Positions 47,190 through 56,093 of a stretch of 64,000 nt of DNA are shown here, piece by piece. The stretch is from NCBI GenBank assembly GCA_965140445.1, contig OZ223236.1:768001-832000 (forward strand). The letters are read 5' to 3'. Position 1 is the first letter of the stretch. Each line of letters starts with the position of its first letter. The notes under the pieces are model-generated. The model was not told the origin of the DNA, ran no database searches, and saw nothing but the letters and a program-made list of their open reading frames with translations. Both the position numbers and the translations under genes were made by a program. Source of the DNA: Candidatus Ozemobacteraceae bacterium (GTDB lineage Bacteria; Muiribacteriota; Ozemobacteria; Ozemobacterales; Ozemobacteraceae).

Positions 47190-48623
47190 TCAACTTACCG
47201 GGTTTATGACCAGTATCTGATCTGTTTCTTTGATAATGTGGTTTCTGGGATTTACATCCAGTGGTTGTTTTTCTGGTTTTATTCCAACCAGTGTAAAGCC
47301 ATGATTTTTGTGTAAAACTGGCATTGCTTGATCAATTGGTAGCCCAACAAGGCTTTTTGGCGGCTCAATGAAAGTAAGTGTGTTTCCAGACTCTCGCGAG
47401 AGAAGGTCCTTGAAAAAAGCAAGCAAACCTTCGTGCATAGCTACTCTAGCCAGGAGTTTTCCAGAGACTTCACCCTGTATGACTACGTCTTCAACTCCGC
47501 CCATTTTCAGGTGTTCGGCATATTCAGAATGATATATTTCAGCGGAAGTGTGGATTTTTGGACTCAATCTTTCAATGGTTAAAGCAGCTAAAAGAGTTCG
47601 CGCATCTATGTCGCGGGTTGATCGGTTTTCTCCTGGTTCGGAAAGAATGATTGCTGCGGTAGCTCTTTCTACGCCAGCTTTTTTGAGGGTTTCCATTCTT
47701 GTGAAGTCTTCTTTTAAGATGCTGATTCTCTCAGACTGAATTTTTTTTAAGGAAAGCGAATTGAGGTCAGCTACTTCTGAGACAAGTAATATCTCGGAGT
47801 CAGAGAAAGCCGGATCCAAAAGAAATTCTGTTGCCAGAATTGAGGCTTTGTTGCTGAATCCGCATATGATTATATGGTTTTTTAATTCGTCTGGATTAGA
47901 AGCCTTATGCATAGCACTCTCCTTGAGTTTTTCTATCATTATTGCCGAGAATGTCCCTGTCAGCATCGCGAAAACTCCCAGTTCAAAAATCAGGAGCAGC
48001 AAAAATACGATTTTTCCTCCAATGGTTTGAGGGTAATCAGCATATTCTCCCGCCATGAGTGAGAAAAGGGATTTCCAGAATGCATCTGTTGCATTCATCA
48101 TGTTTGGAGCATTTCCCACTTCAAATTGTGTTAATCCAACAGCTCCAAATATAACAGCGAACAGGGTAAAGCCTAGAATGATTCCATATTCGACAAAACG
48201 TCCCTCTATAACCTTGCCGAAAGCGGCAAACCGTCTTTGGAAAATGGCTCCAAGGGAAAAGATACGAAAAAGTCTTAAGAGCCTTAAGACTCTGCTGATA
48301 CGGAAAATTCTAAGCATTGGTAATACTGCCAGAATATCAACCCAGTAATTTCTAAGAAATTTTTTGGTTGTTTCACTGATAAGCCACCTTAAGGTTAGCT
48401 CCAGAATAAATATGGCAGTAAGAATATCATTACACTGTTCAACTTGAATCATAACGGCAGGGCTGAGCTCAGCAAAGGTTTCAATAAGTATCAAACCTAC
48501 CGAAAGCAAAATAAGAACAACAATTGAAAGACCGAAAACCGGTGATTCAACGATTTTCCTTATTCCTCTGAAAGACTTCTTTTCTACTTCTAAGCCGTAT
48601 ATGAAATTAACCCTTTTATCCAT
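47190..48623 (-). CDS. 6-TM ion channel with voltage-sensor-like S4 and cytoplasmic RCK (TrkA-N/C) domain
   Basis: S4 RIFRISRVLRLLRLFR; pore DAFWKSLFSLMAGEYADYP; RCK NHIIICG and DARTLLAALTI. Confidence 0.88.
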   Translation of the reverse strand: MDKRVNFIYGLEVEKKSFRGIRKIVESPVFGLSIVVLILLSVGLILIETFAELSPAVMIQVEQCNDILTAIFILELTLRWLISETTKKFLRNYWVDILAVLPMLRIFRISRVLRLLRLFRIFSLGAIFQRRFAAFGKVIEGRFVEYGIILGFTLFAVIFGAVGLTQFEVGNAPNMMNATDAFWKSLFSLMAGEYADYPQTIGGKIVFLLLLIFELGVFAMLTGTFSAIMIEKLKESAMHKASNPDELKNHIIICGFSNKASILATEFLLDPAFSDSEILLVSEVADLNSLSLKKIQSERISILKEDFTRMETLKKAGVERATAAIILSEPGENRSTRDIDARTLLAALTIERLSPKIHTSAEIYHSEYAEHLKMGGVEDVVIQGEVSGKLLARVAMHEGLLAFFKDLLSRESGNTLTFIEPPKSLVGLPIDQAMPVLHKNHGFTLVGIKPEKQPLDVNPRNHIIKETDQILVINPVS

Positions 48624-48630
48624 GCAGGCA

Positions 48631-48659
48631 ATTTTAGTTTAGCAAGCCCATAAACGCAA
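48631..48659 (-). promoter_or_regulatory. Sigma70-type promoter, probably leaderless transcript
   Basis: TTGCGT-N17-TAAAAT, 7 nt before the ATG at 48623. Confidence 0.55.
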
Positions 48660-48700
48660 TAAGGTTTTTTTGCCAGTATTTGCGGGTACCCTTAAAAGCG

Positions 48701-48730
48701 TGGACAAAGTTTTCTATAGATGGGTATAAT
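48701..48730 (+). promoter_or_regulatory. Sigma70-type promoter for pilin cassette 3
   Basis: TGGACA-N18-TATAAT, 10 nt before the ATG at 48741. Confidence 0.55.
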
Positions 48731-48740
48731 ACTGAGAACT

Positions 48741-51029
48741 ATGTGGCCACACTTAATAAATAAAAAGGGAAACATTACGATTATTCTTCTCGGAATAATC
48801 AGCGTTATGCTCATCTCTGTAATTGCTTTGTCAAAGCGAATGAGAGGGCATACGCAATTGCTTACTTTGAGTGATTATACCCAGATAACAAGATATTTTC
48901 TCGAATCTTATTCCGGGGATGTTCTGCGCCAATTAAACATGGGAGCAAATAACCCTGATTCTGAAATGTTTAAGCTTTTTCGAGAAGCAAAATCCGGTAA
49001 AAAGATTAACAATAGCTTTTATAAGTCAACTGCAATGCTGGAGGACCTGGCTGCAGAGCTTAAGGTTGAAATCCTTCCAATAGAGGTTAAATTTTCCAAA
49101 GTTGAAGAGATCGGGTATCCCGAAGCATTTTATTGTCCAAATGATCTGAAAGGTGCTGAAAAGAGAGGGATTCTTGAAATCCAATGTAAAGCAAAATTCC
49201 GAGGTAGAAATTATAACCTTGAGGTCCAGTATCCTTTTACTGTGGTAATGAGAATGGTTCCAGTTTTAAAGGATTTTATGCTTTACGCTGATAAGGCTGC
49301 AAATGAACAGGGTGATAAGAAAATTGGAACCAGAGATCTTCTGAACGTTATGTATACAGAGGATGGTAGCCATCCAGAAAAAATTGATAAATCCGTCACG
49401 AAAGTTATGCCAGATAGAATGGATAACAATGTTAAATATCGTCCATGGGTGCTTATGGCTCCACCAGATCCCGTTGAGTTTAATGACAAAGCACTATCAG
49501 GAAAAGTTTATCTGGGACCATCCAGAGAATCTATTTTTCTAAATCTGACTGGAGATAATAATCCAGGTGAAAGATTTAGTCTTGGTGAGCTGTTCCTGGT
49601 TTCTCCAAGTTCTTTTAATGTGGCTGCTAAAGATCCTTCTCTTGTACAGATTCAAGGATTTCCCAGAAAAGATGGAACCTATGTAAATATGGTTGGAATG
49701 GAAGTTCCTCTGCAGAATAATCATAGTGCCAACATGGGAGTCATGGGATTTTCTAAGGAAATGATTCCCGAGTTTGGAATTTTTGCGAATTCTAACTATT
49801 CAATTGAAGACTTCCTTGGAAAAACTTCAGACAATACCGGATTCTGGAAAGTTCTTCATGACGAAGGGCTAGGTTTTGCTGCTTTTGCAAGTGGAATTAA
49901 GTTAATGGGAATTAAAGTTCCTAAGCGCGGCCCACCAGCCAGAGAAGTTTTTGGGAATATTTTTTCCCGATTCTTTATTATTACTTTCTGGCACTATCCC
50001 TCTGCCGCTGGCGGCAAAGGCTATTTAACCTATGATGAAAATCGTGATGATAAGGATTTTCCAGAAGGTGATACTTATAGTGGAATGATCAAGAAGCATT
50101 TCAGACCTCTAGACCCGAATGCAAATTATAAGGATTTTATGTCCAGGATGGTTTCTGGTAAAAAGTGGAGCCCGGGAACAACCATTCCTTATGGTTTCCT
50201 GCCATATAATTTTGATTGGAATGTAAGTGCTGAAAACAAGCCTCGAAGGTTGTTTGAAAGAAAGGACTTCGTAGCGAACGATGGCTTTAAAGTCAATGAT
50301 GCTCTGGACAAGCTTGGGGATGCCTGGTTTGGTGTAAACGAACATTCATCGACGTTGGGCATTAAGTCTAAAGGGGTTGAACCAAGAATTGGCCGAAGTT
50401 TTTCTTCTGGTAAAGAGTTCATTGATGCTTCAGGCTATAAAAATGGATTTTTCAATGTAAATGGAGTTGTCTACGTTGGAGGGAATCTTACTTTAGATGA
50501 TTTAGACATGACCAATGACAAAATTAAAGGTGGGATTATTCTGGTTGATGGAACTATTACGCTGAAAAACATCACCCGCGGATACAATATTGATAATAGT
50601 CGTCTAAAATATGAAGAATATGATCAAATTGAAAAGTATTACTCTCAATTTAAAAAAGAAATTACCCAGGACAATTTTTTGACATTCGTCAGTTTAAAAG
50701 GCTATCCAATAAACGTTGAAGGAGAAACCCTTATTGGTGTTCATTTGATCAACCTTAATGACGACCAGGGTAGGCCTTATTCTCAAATCCGCTGGAAAAG
50801 TCGCAAAAAGAAAGAAATTTTATTCTGCGGTGGAATTTCGTGTAATTACTTGAATTTGCCTCAGACTCTAAGAGATTTCGGGGAGATAAAAAGTCCCGGA
50901 GAAATAATGAAAGCTCCATTCTTTATTTATCACTCTGCAATGGCAGCAGATAAACCTTCCTTTGCTGTTCAGGTAATGGAAGACATGCGCGGTTACAATC
51001 TAACTGCAGAGAAGGCACCTAGAGAATGA
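48741..51029 (+). CDS. Large PilX/GspK-like pilin-domain protein, distant paralog of 4504..6618
   Basis: KKG|NITIILLGII leader without E5; shared blocks with the 704-aa protein; start at 48741 inferred from the promoter position. Confidence 0.7.
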   Translation: MWPHLINKKGNITIILLGIISVMLISVIALSKRMRGHTQLLTLSDYTQITRYFLESYSGDVLRQLNMGANNPDSEMFKLFREAKSGKKINNSFYKSTAMLEDLAAELKVEILPIEVKFSKVEEIGYPEAFYCPNDLKGAEKRGILEIQCKAKFRGRNYNLEVQYPFTVVMRMVPVLKDFMLYADKAANEQGDKKIGTRDLLNVMYTEDGSHPEKIDKSVTKVMPDRMDNNVKYRPWVLMAPPDPVEFNDKALSGKVYLGPSRESIFLNLTGDNNPGERFSLGELFLVSPSSFNVAAKDPSLVQIQGFPRKDGTYVNMVGMEVPLQNNHSANMGVMGFSKEMIPEFGIFANSNYSIEDFLGKTSDNTGFWKVLHDEGLGFAAFASGIKLMGIKVPKRGPPAREVFGNIFSRFFIITFWHYPSAAGGKGYLTYDENRDDKDFPEGDTYSGMIKKHFRPLDPNANYKDFMSRMVSGKKWSPGTTIPYGFLPYNFDWNVSAENKPRRLFERKDFVANDGFKVNDALDKLGDAWFGVNEHSSTLGIKSKGVEPRIGRSFSSGKEFIDASGYKNGFFNVNGVVYVGGNLTLDDLDMTNDKIKGGIILVDGTITLKNITRGYNIDNSRLKYEEYDQIEKYYSQFKKEITQDNFLTFVSLKGYPINVEGETLIGVHLINLNDDQGRPYSQIRWKSRKKKEILFCGGISCNYLNLPQTLRDFGEIKSPGEIMKAPFFIYHSAMAADKPSFAVQVMEDMRGYNLTAEKAPRE

Positions 51030-51514
51030 AAAGTTTAAGTTACAAAGGTCGCAAAGGGCTTTCCATGATTGAACTCCTGGTTGGGATTACCATTTTTGGC
51101 CTGGCCATGGTTCCTCTTTTAATGATGGGAACCTCTACAACCACAGGAGCATATTCAGTAGGAAAGCACATGATGGCGGGCCAGGTTGCCGCAAGCTTTT
51201 TGGATAAACTCCTTGGATTGTCTTACGATAAATGCCTTGAAAAAGCTCAAGAACTGTCCAAACGTGGCAAAACTAAGGTTTTAAAGGATGACGACCTCAA
51301 AGAAGTATTGACCTCGATTACCGATAAAAGTGTTCACGATGATATGGAAAGGGCATTCAAGTATTTTCTTTACGAGGTTAGTTTCAGTAATGATGATAGT
51401 GAAAAGATTTTAAGGCTTGATGTGGAAGTTTTTTATCGGGTAATTGAAGGTGAGCCCAAAACTGAACAATCTTTAAGACTTTCTGTTTTGAAGTATGGGG
51501 CAAAGAATGGCTAA
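51026..51514 (+). CDS. Type IV pilin-like protein (PilV-like)
   Basis: RKG|LSMIELLVG class III signal. Confidence 0.85.
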   Translation: MKSLSYKGRKGLSMIELLVGITIFGLAMVPLLMMGTSTTTGAYSVGKHMMAGQVAASFLDKLLGLSYDKCLEKAQELSKRGKTKVLKDDDLKEVLTSITDKSVHDDMERAFKYFLYEVSFSNDDSEKILRLDVEVFYRVIEGEPKTEQSLRLSVLKYGAKNG

Positions 51515-52085
51515 TTTGTTAAAACCAATAAGGAAAAAGGGGGTAACCCTGTTTGAAATTGTGGTTGTTGCTGCTATTTCCAGTATGGTTTTAACCATGG
51601 CAGTGGTAATAATGAGCCGAACTACAAGGTCTTTTAAAAGAGGAACGGATTTATTAAATATCCAGCGATTGATGGATAACATTGTGGAAAGAATCAGAAC
51701 GGATGTTCGTTCTCTTAAGAAAATGATTCCTGAAGAATGTGACGAAAAATCCTTCGCCTTTATGGCTATCAAAGATGGTGGAGAGAAAAAAATAAAGTAT
51801 CAGTATGACGATGAGTCAAAGACTCTATATAGATACGAAGGGACCAGCAGGAAATCAAATTTCCATGGAGCAAAACAGGTACAGTCCTTCGTTTTTAAAC
51901 CAGAAGTGGATGCCTTTAAGAAGTTTAGACTGTTAAATGTGGTGATGCAGTTAAAATCAGACGAGAAGGGGCGAGGTAAAGCATCTACGTTGTCTATTGT
52001 GTGTCAATTTTACTCAACTTGTGTTGAAGCAGAGTTGAGAATTAGTGAATTAAGAAAGAAAATTGAAGCGGCGAAGAAAAAGTAA
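51507..52085 (+). CDS. Type IV pilin-like protein (PilW-like)
   Basis: MANLLKPIRKKG|VTLFEIVVV; start at 51507 or 51495. Confidence 0.85.
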   Translation: MANLLKPIRKKGVTLFEIVVVAAISSMVLTMAVVIMSRTTRSFKRGTDLLNIQRLMDNIVERIRTDVRSLKKMIPEECDEKSFAFMAIKDGGEKKIKYQYDDESKTLYRYEGTSRKSNFHGAKQVQSFVFKPEVDAFKKFRLLNVVMQLKSDEKGRGKASTLSIVCQFYSTCVEAELRISELRKKIEAAKKK

Positions 52086-52097
52086 CCGGAGGTAAAA

Positions 52098-53156
52098 ATG
52101 AGGAAGTTATGTAGTTTTTTGGTCACGGCAATAATCTTAAGTCCAATCATTGTTTCAGCTGTTACGCCTAAGCAGGCCTTAAAAATGGGTAAAGCCATGC
52201 AGCAAAAGCAAGATTTTGAGGGTGCTTTAAAAATTTATAAAGAATCACTCAAAGAAAAACCTTCGGTAGAAATCTATACAGAAGCTGTTTCCCTACTGGG
52301 GAAACTTCAAAAATACGAAAGTGCAGAAACAGTTTTAAATAAAGCTCTGCAGGATTTTCCTAATAACACATCATTATTAAATCTCCTTGCTTTGATTCAG
52401 TTTAGAAAAGGAGATAAACCAGCAGCTAAATCTACCTGGGAAAAGGTTTTGGTGTTAGATAAGGGTAATAGCTTTGCAAAACAGTGGATTGGCAAATTTG
52501 GTAAAACTGAAGCTGCAGAAGTTACTTCTACTTCACCAGATTCCGGGGAAAAATCAGCAAATGAAGAAGAAAAAACATTTGTAGATGATTATTCCGGATC
52601 AATGACAGGTGCTTATAAGGTATCTCATGAGCTTTCAATTGATGACCAGAAAGTCTTAGCCAAGAATCTTTACACTCAAATGATGTCGCTTGATAAATGG
52701 GAAATAGAAGAATTCATTAGAATGCATCGTAAAGTTATCGAAAAATGCCCAGACACAGATCAAGCAGAAGAGTCCTGCTGGAGGCTTTCCAACCTATATC
52801 TGCTTGCAGTAGATCCGCCTGATTTGCAAGGTGTGATTGATGTTCTGGAACATCTATTGAAAACTTATCCTCAGACTCCTCTCAGACCTGATGCAAAGAA
52901 CAGACTATTAGTAACTTGCCAGAGGGCAGGCCAGTTTGACAAAGTTGTGTCATTATATGAAGAGCTTTTTACTTTAGATCCTGATCCACAGGATGACAAA
53001 ATGTTTATGGTTCGTTGCCTTGAATTTGGAAATGCTCTTATTGCTGTTGGAAGGCGTGATGACGCAGCAAACCTGTTTCGAAAAATTCTTGAAAAAGACG
53101 GCGAGAGAAATTCTCTTGAAGCCAGAGTGGCAAAGAAAAAATTAGCAGAGATGTAA
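52098..53156 (+). CDS. Exported TPR protein
   Basis: GGAGG SD, signal peptide, two TPR clusters. Confidence 0.85.
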   Translation: MRKLCSFLVTAIILSPIIVSAVTPKQALKMGKAMQQKQDFEGALKIYKESLKEKPSVEIYTEAVSLLGKLQKYESAETVLNKALQDFPNNTSLLNLLALIQFRKGDKPAAKSTWEKVLVLDKGNSFAKQWIGKFGKTEAAEVTSTSPDSGEKSANEEEKTFVDDYSGSMTGAYKVSHELSIDDQKVLAKNLYTQMMSLDKWEIEEFIRMHRKVIEKCPDTDQAEESCWRLSNLYLLAVDPPDLQGVIDVLEHLLKTYPQTPLRPDAKNRLLVTCQRAGQFDKVVSLYEELFTLDPDPQDDKMFMVRCLEFGNALIAVGRRDDAANLFRKILEKDGERNSLEARVAKKKLAEM

Positions 53157-53257
53157 GAGTGCTGGTACCTTCCGGGATCGCTTAAATTTTGCTATCATTA
53201 AAAATATTCTGACAAAAGTCTGTACACAATTTGAAATAATGATTATGGGGGAGTAGT

Positions 53258-55984
53258 ATGAAATTTTCACCTCGTTATCGGTTTCTGATAATGTTCTTAG
53301 CTATTTGGATGGTTTTCGAGCCTTTTGCGATAACCATGGTGAGAGCTAATGATATTCCAGGGCCCGCACTTAACACTGAAGGCGTTGATGGAATTGTTGC
53401 TATTGACGAAGTAATGACGCCATCGGAATTCGTAGATTACCAGCTTGCTTTACGCGGTAGAACCCAGGAAGAAGCTGAAGCGAAGGCATGGGGCGATTGG
53501 ATGATGTCCATGACTGGCGCTTATATGATGATGGATGACGGCTGCTCGGACGTTTTCTCTTTTTATGCAGCTGTTGAAGCCATGCGCCCCCATATTGGCA
53601 ATACTCCTTTCTATTTTCAGGCTTTGAGTGCCGCGGCTTCCAAGGCAGCGTTGGCATTTGCTTTTGTTGCTAACTCAGCTCCAATTGAATTTGTTGGAAA
53701 AGTGGCCGGGAAAACTGGCAGTGCAGTAAGTAATTCGTTTATTGGAAAAGCAGCAAGCTGGACTGGAAATAAAGTTGCTGGAGCTGCAAGTCGGGCTGGT
53801 TCTAAGGTAGCAAATACAAGGCTTTATCAAAAGGGTGTTGGCTTTATTCAGAGAAAAGCAAATCTGATGAATGGTTTCAAAAGAATGGGAACCATGGCTA
53901 CTAGCGCTCAAAAAGCTTTCAGTGCCAAAAATGTATCAACATTTCTGACTCACATGTCGCCTCCTTGTGGTTATAAAGCCGGGACTGGTGAGGGATTTTA
54001 TTCTTACTGGAGATGGGTTGCTCGAAAAACGAACCTTGAGTCAGTAGGGGTTTACAAGAAATTTGCTAAAAAAGTAGGGATAACTACCAATAAAGGTTCT
54101 GCAGTTATTGGTGATGCCAAAGGGCTTGGTCATACTGTAGGTATCGGACTTTGCGTATTGAGTATTTGTCTTGATTCATATGGCATCTACACATCTGAAG
54201 ACAGAGAAGGCGGTAGATACTTTTCATATTCTCTCGTAAAAAATTATGTTGGGCTTGCTCTTGGCGTTGCGGCATTAGTAGCAATGTTTTGTATCCCAAT
54301 TGTAGGTCAGGTAGCAGCGATTTGTACTCTCGTCTGGGTGGGACTTACTACCATTGGCGATCAGATTGGCAAATATAACGTTAGATGGAAAAATGCTTAT
54401 ACTAACTCCTATCAGTATCTGATTGATAACGATCCTGAATTCAGATCGTTTTACGAAAATAGAGCCAGCCTTGATGATGAAGAAAAGTCAGCTTCATTAC
54501 TTGTGGCAGAGCAAAGATTTGGAGCGTTTTTAACTGGTGAAGATCAGACTCCTGCAAACGAAGAAGATCAAAAAGTTTATGATAAAAACTTGAAGGTTTT
54601 CGCTCAGCTTGAGAAAAACGGTATTCTTGCCAGTTACTATGCTCAAAAAGGTTTTACTCTTCCTGATTTCAGTATGCCAAGACTTCAAGAACTCTGGCAA
54701 ATGAAAGCTGATTATATGTCCTGGAAACCAACGGATGCAGAAAAAGAAAAAGCAGCCAATAGAGGTTTCTGGGGAAAAGTTGGCCATTATGTTAACCCAA
54801 TGACTTATGTCAGCTGGGCAGGGGACAAAATTCAGTCCAAAGACATGAAGAAAACCATGGAAGAATACAATATACGTAAGGTTTTCTTTAATCCTGATTA
54901 TGTTCTCATGAAAAAATATCAGAATTGGCTTGCTGCAAACAAATTTAAAGGCGGAATATTTGATATCGTAGGTTTGAGAATGGAACAATCTCCATTCAAC
55001 TATATTCCTCTGGTTGGAATTGAAACTAATTTGTGGTCTGAAGAACTTCTAGGAGAAGCTTTTAACGCAGATGCCTTTATGATTGGTGTTAAAGAAATGG
55101 TCTACTTTAAAGAACAGGTGAGAATGGCCAATGAAGCACTTGAAAACACCATCAAGGATTCAGATCGCTTTGTTGAAGTTACCAGAGAAGAACATCTGGG
55201 GCATGCTCAGAAAGTCAGAAAAGCACTTGATAGACTTGTTGATTGTTTCAAAATTGACGCCGACCGAGAACACAAAGATCTCATGAAAGATTGTAAGAAA
55301 GCTTTTGGATGGAGATGGAACGATGATAATGGAAAACCTACTCCAAGAAAAATAATTCAAATTTACCAGACTGATATTGAACAATCTTTAATGTATGATC
55401 CGCTTTCAATTGCACAGAAAGCCGCTGATGTAATGCTTATGGTTGCAACAATCAAGAAGAATCTTGATACGGCAAAGATCATGAAAGAAACTGGCGAAGA
55501 AAAGCGTCAGATTCTGGCTGACTTCAAAAATGAATTTACTAATTATGACATTGCAAAGTATCTGAAAGAAGGAACTTTCCTCGATGTAAAAGGTAGTACT
55601 TTCATGGATTGGTTGAGTGATATTTATCCTGCTTATGAGGAAATGGAACTCAACACAAATCTTTATATGAATGAAGTTGAAAAGTTTACTGGAACTGCAG
55701 ATGAAGCTAACTCAAGCACAAGAGATCGTTTCCTTTGGTTTGATAAAGAAAATGTTCATCCAAAAGAACTTCTTGTTGAACTAAATAACGAGCTTGATGC
55801 TTTCAAAGAAATTTCTGAAAAATTTGAAGAAATCAAAGATGATGTTGGACTAAACATGCCTTTGACTCAATCTGAGAATTCAGAATTTTATGCCAATGTT
55901 TATAGACCAAATGGTTATACAATTAACTATAATCTTGAGGCTTTAGATCTGGATTCAGGAATCTATCCTGATGCAGATGAATAA
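53258..55984 (+). CDS. Large secreted protein with central hydrophobic helices and helical C-terminus (paralog A)
   Basis: Signal peptide ending VRA; GLALGVAALVAMFCIPIVGQVAAICTLVWVGL; closely similar to 56094..58607. Confidence 0.8.
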   Translation: MKFSPRYRFLIMFLAIWMVFEPFAITMVRANDIPGPALNTEGVDGIVAIDEVMTPSEFVDYQLALRGRTQEEAEAKAWGDWMMSMTGAYMMMDDGCSDVFSFYAAVEAMRPHIGNTPFYFQALSAAASKAALAFAFVANSAPIEFVGKVAGKTGSAVSNSFIGKAASWTGNKVAGAASRAGSKVANTRLYQKGVGFIQRKANLMNGFKRMGTMATSAQKAFSAKNVSTFLTHMSPPCGYKAGTGEGFYSYWRWVARKTNLESVGVYKKFAKKVGITTNKGSAVIGDAKGLGHTVGIGLCVLSICLDSYGIYTSEDREGGRYFSYSLVKNYVGLALGVAALVAMFCIPIVGQVAAICTLVWVGLTTIGDQIGKYNVRWKNAYTNSYQYLIDNDPEFRSFYENRASLDDEEKSASLLVAEQRFGAFLTGEDQTPANEEDQKVYDKNLKVFAQLEKNGILASYYAQKGFTLPDFSMPRLQELWQMKADYMSWKPTDAEKEKAANRGFWGKVGHYVNPMTYVSWAGDKIQSKDMKKTMEEYNIRKVFFNPDYVLMKKYQNWLAANKFKGGIFDIVGLRMEQSPFNYIPLVGIETNLWSEELLGEAFNADAFMIGVKEMVYFKEQVRMANEALENTIKDSDRFVEVTREEHLGHAQKVRKALDRLVDCFKIDADREHKDLMKDCKKAFGWRWNDDNGKPTPRKIIQIYQTDIEQSLMYDPLSIAQKAADVMLMVATIKKNLDTAKIMKETGEEKRQILADFKNEFTNYDIAKYLKEGTFLDVKGSTFMDWLSDIYPAYEEMELNTNLYMNEVEKFTGTADEANSSTRDRFLWFDKENVHPKELLVELNNELDAFKEISEKFEEIKDDVGLNMPLTQSENSEFYANVYRPNGYTINYNLEALDLDSGIYPDADE

Positions 55985-55996
55985 GTAAGAGTCTTT

Positions 55997-56037
55997 AAAA
56001 GAGAGAGAAGAGCCATGGCTCTTCTCTCTCTTTTTTT
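55997..56037 (+). terminator. Perfect 38-bp palindrome with T-tract (terminator)
   Basis: aaaagagagagaagagcca|tggctcttctctctctttt followed by ttt. Confidence 0.88.
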
Positions 56038-56093
56038 ATGGCGGGAGTAGTCGTTTTTAATTACAATTAAAAAAAGTCCCACATGGTGAGCAT

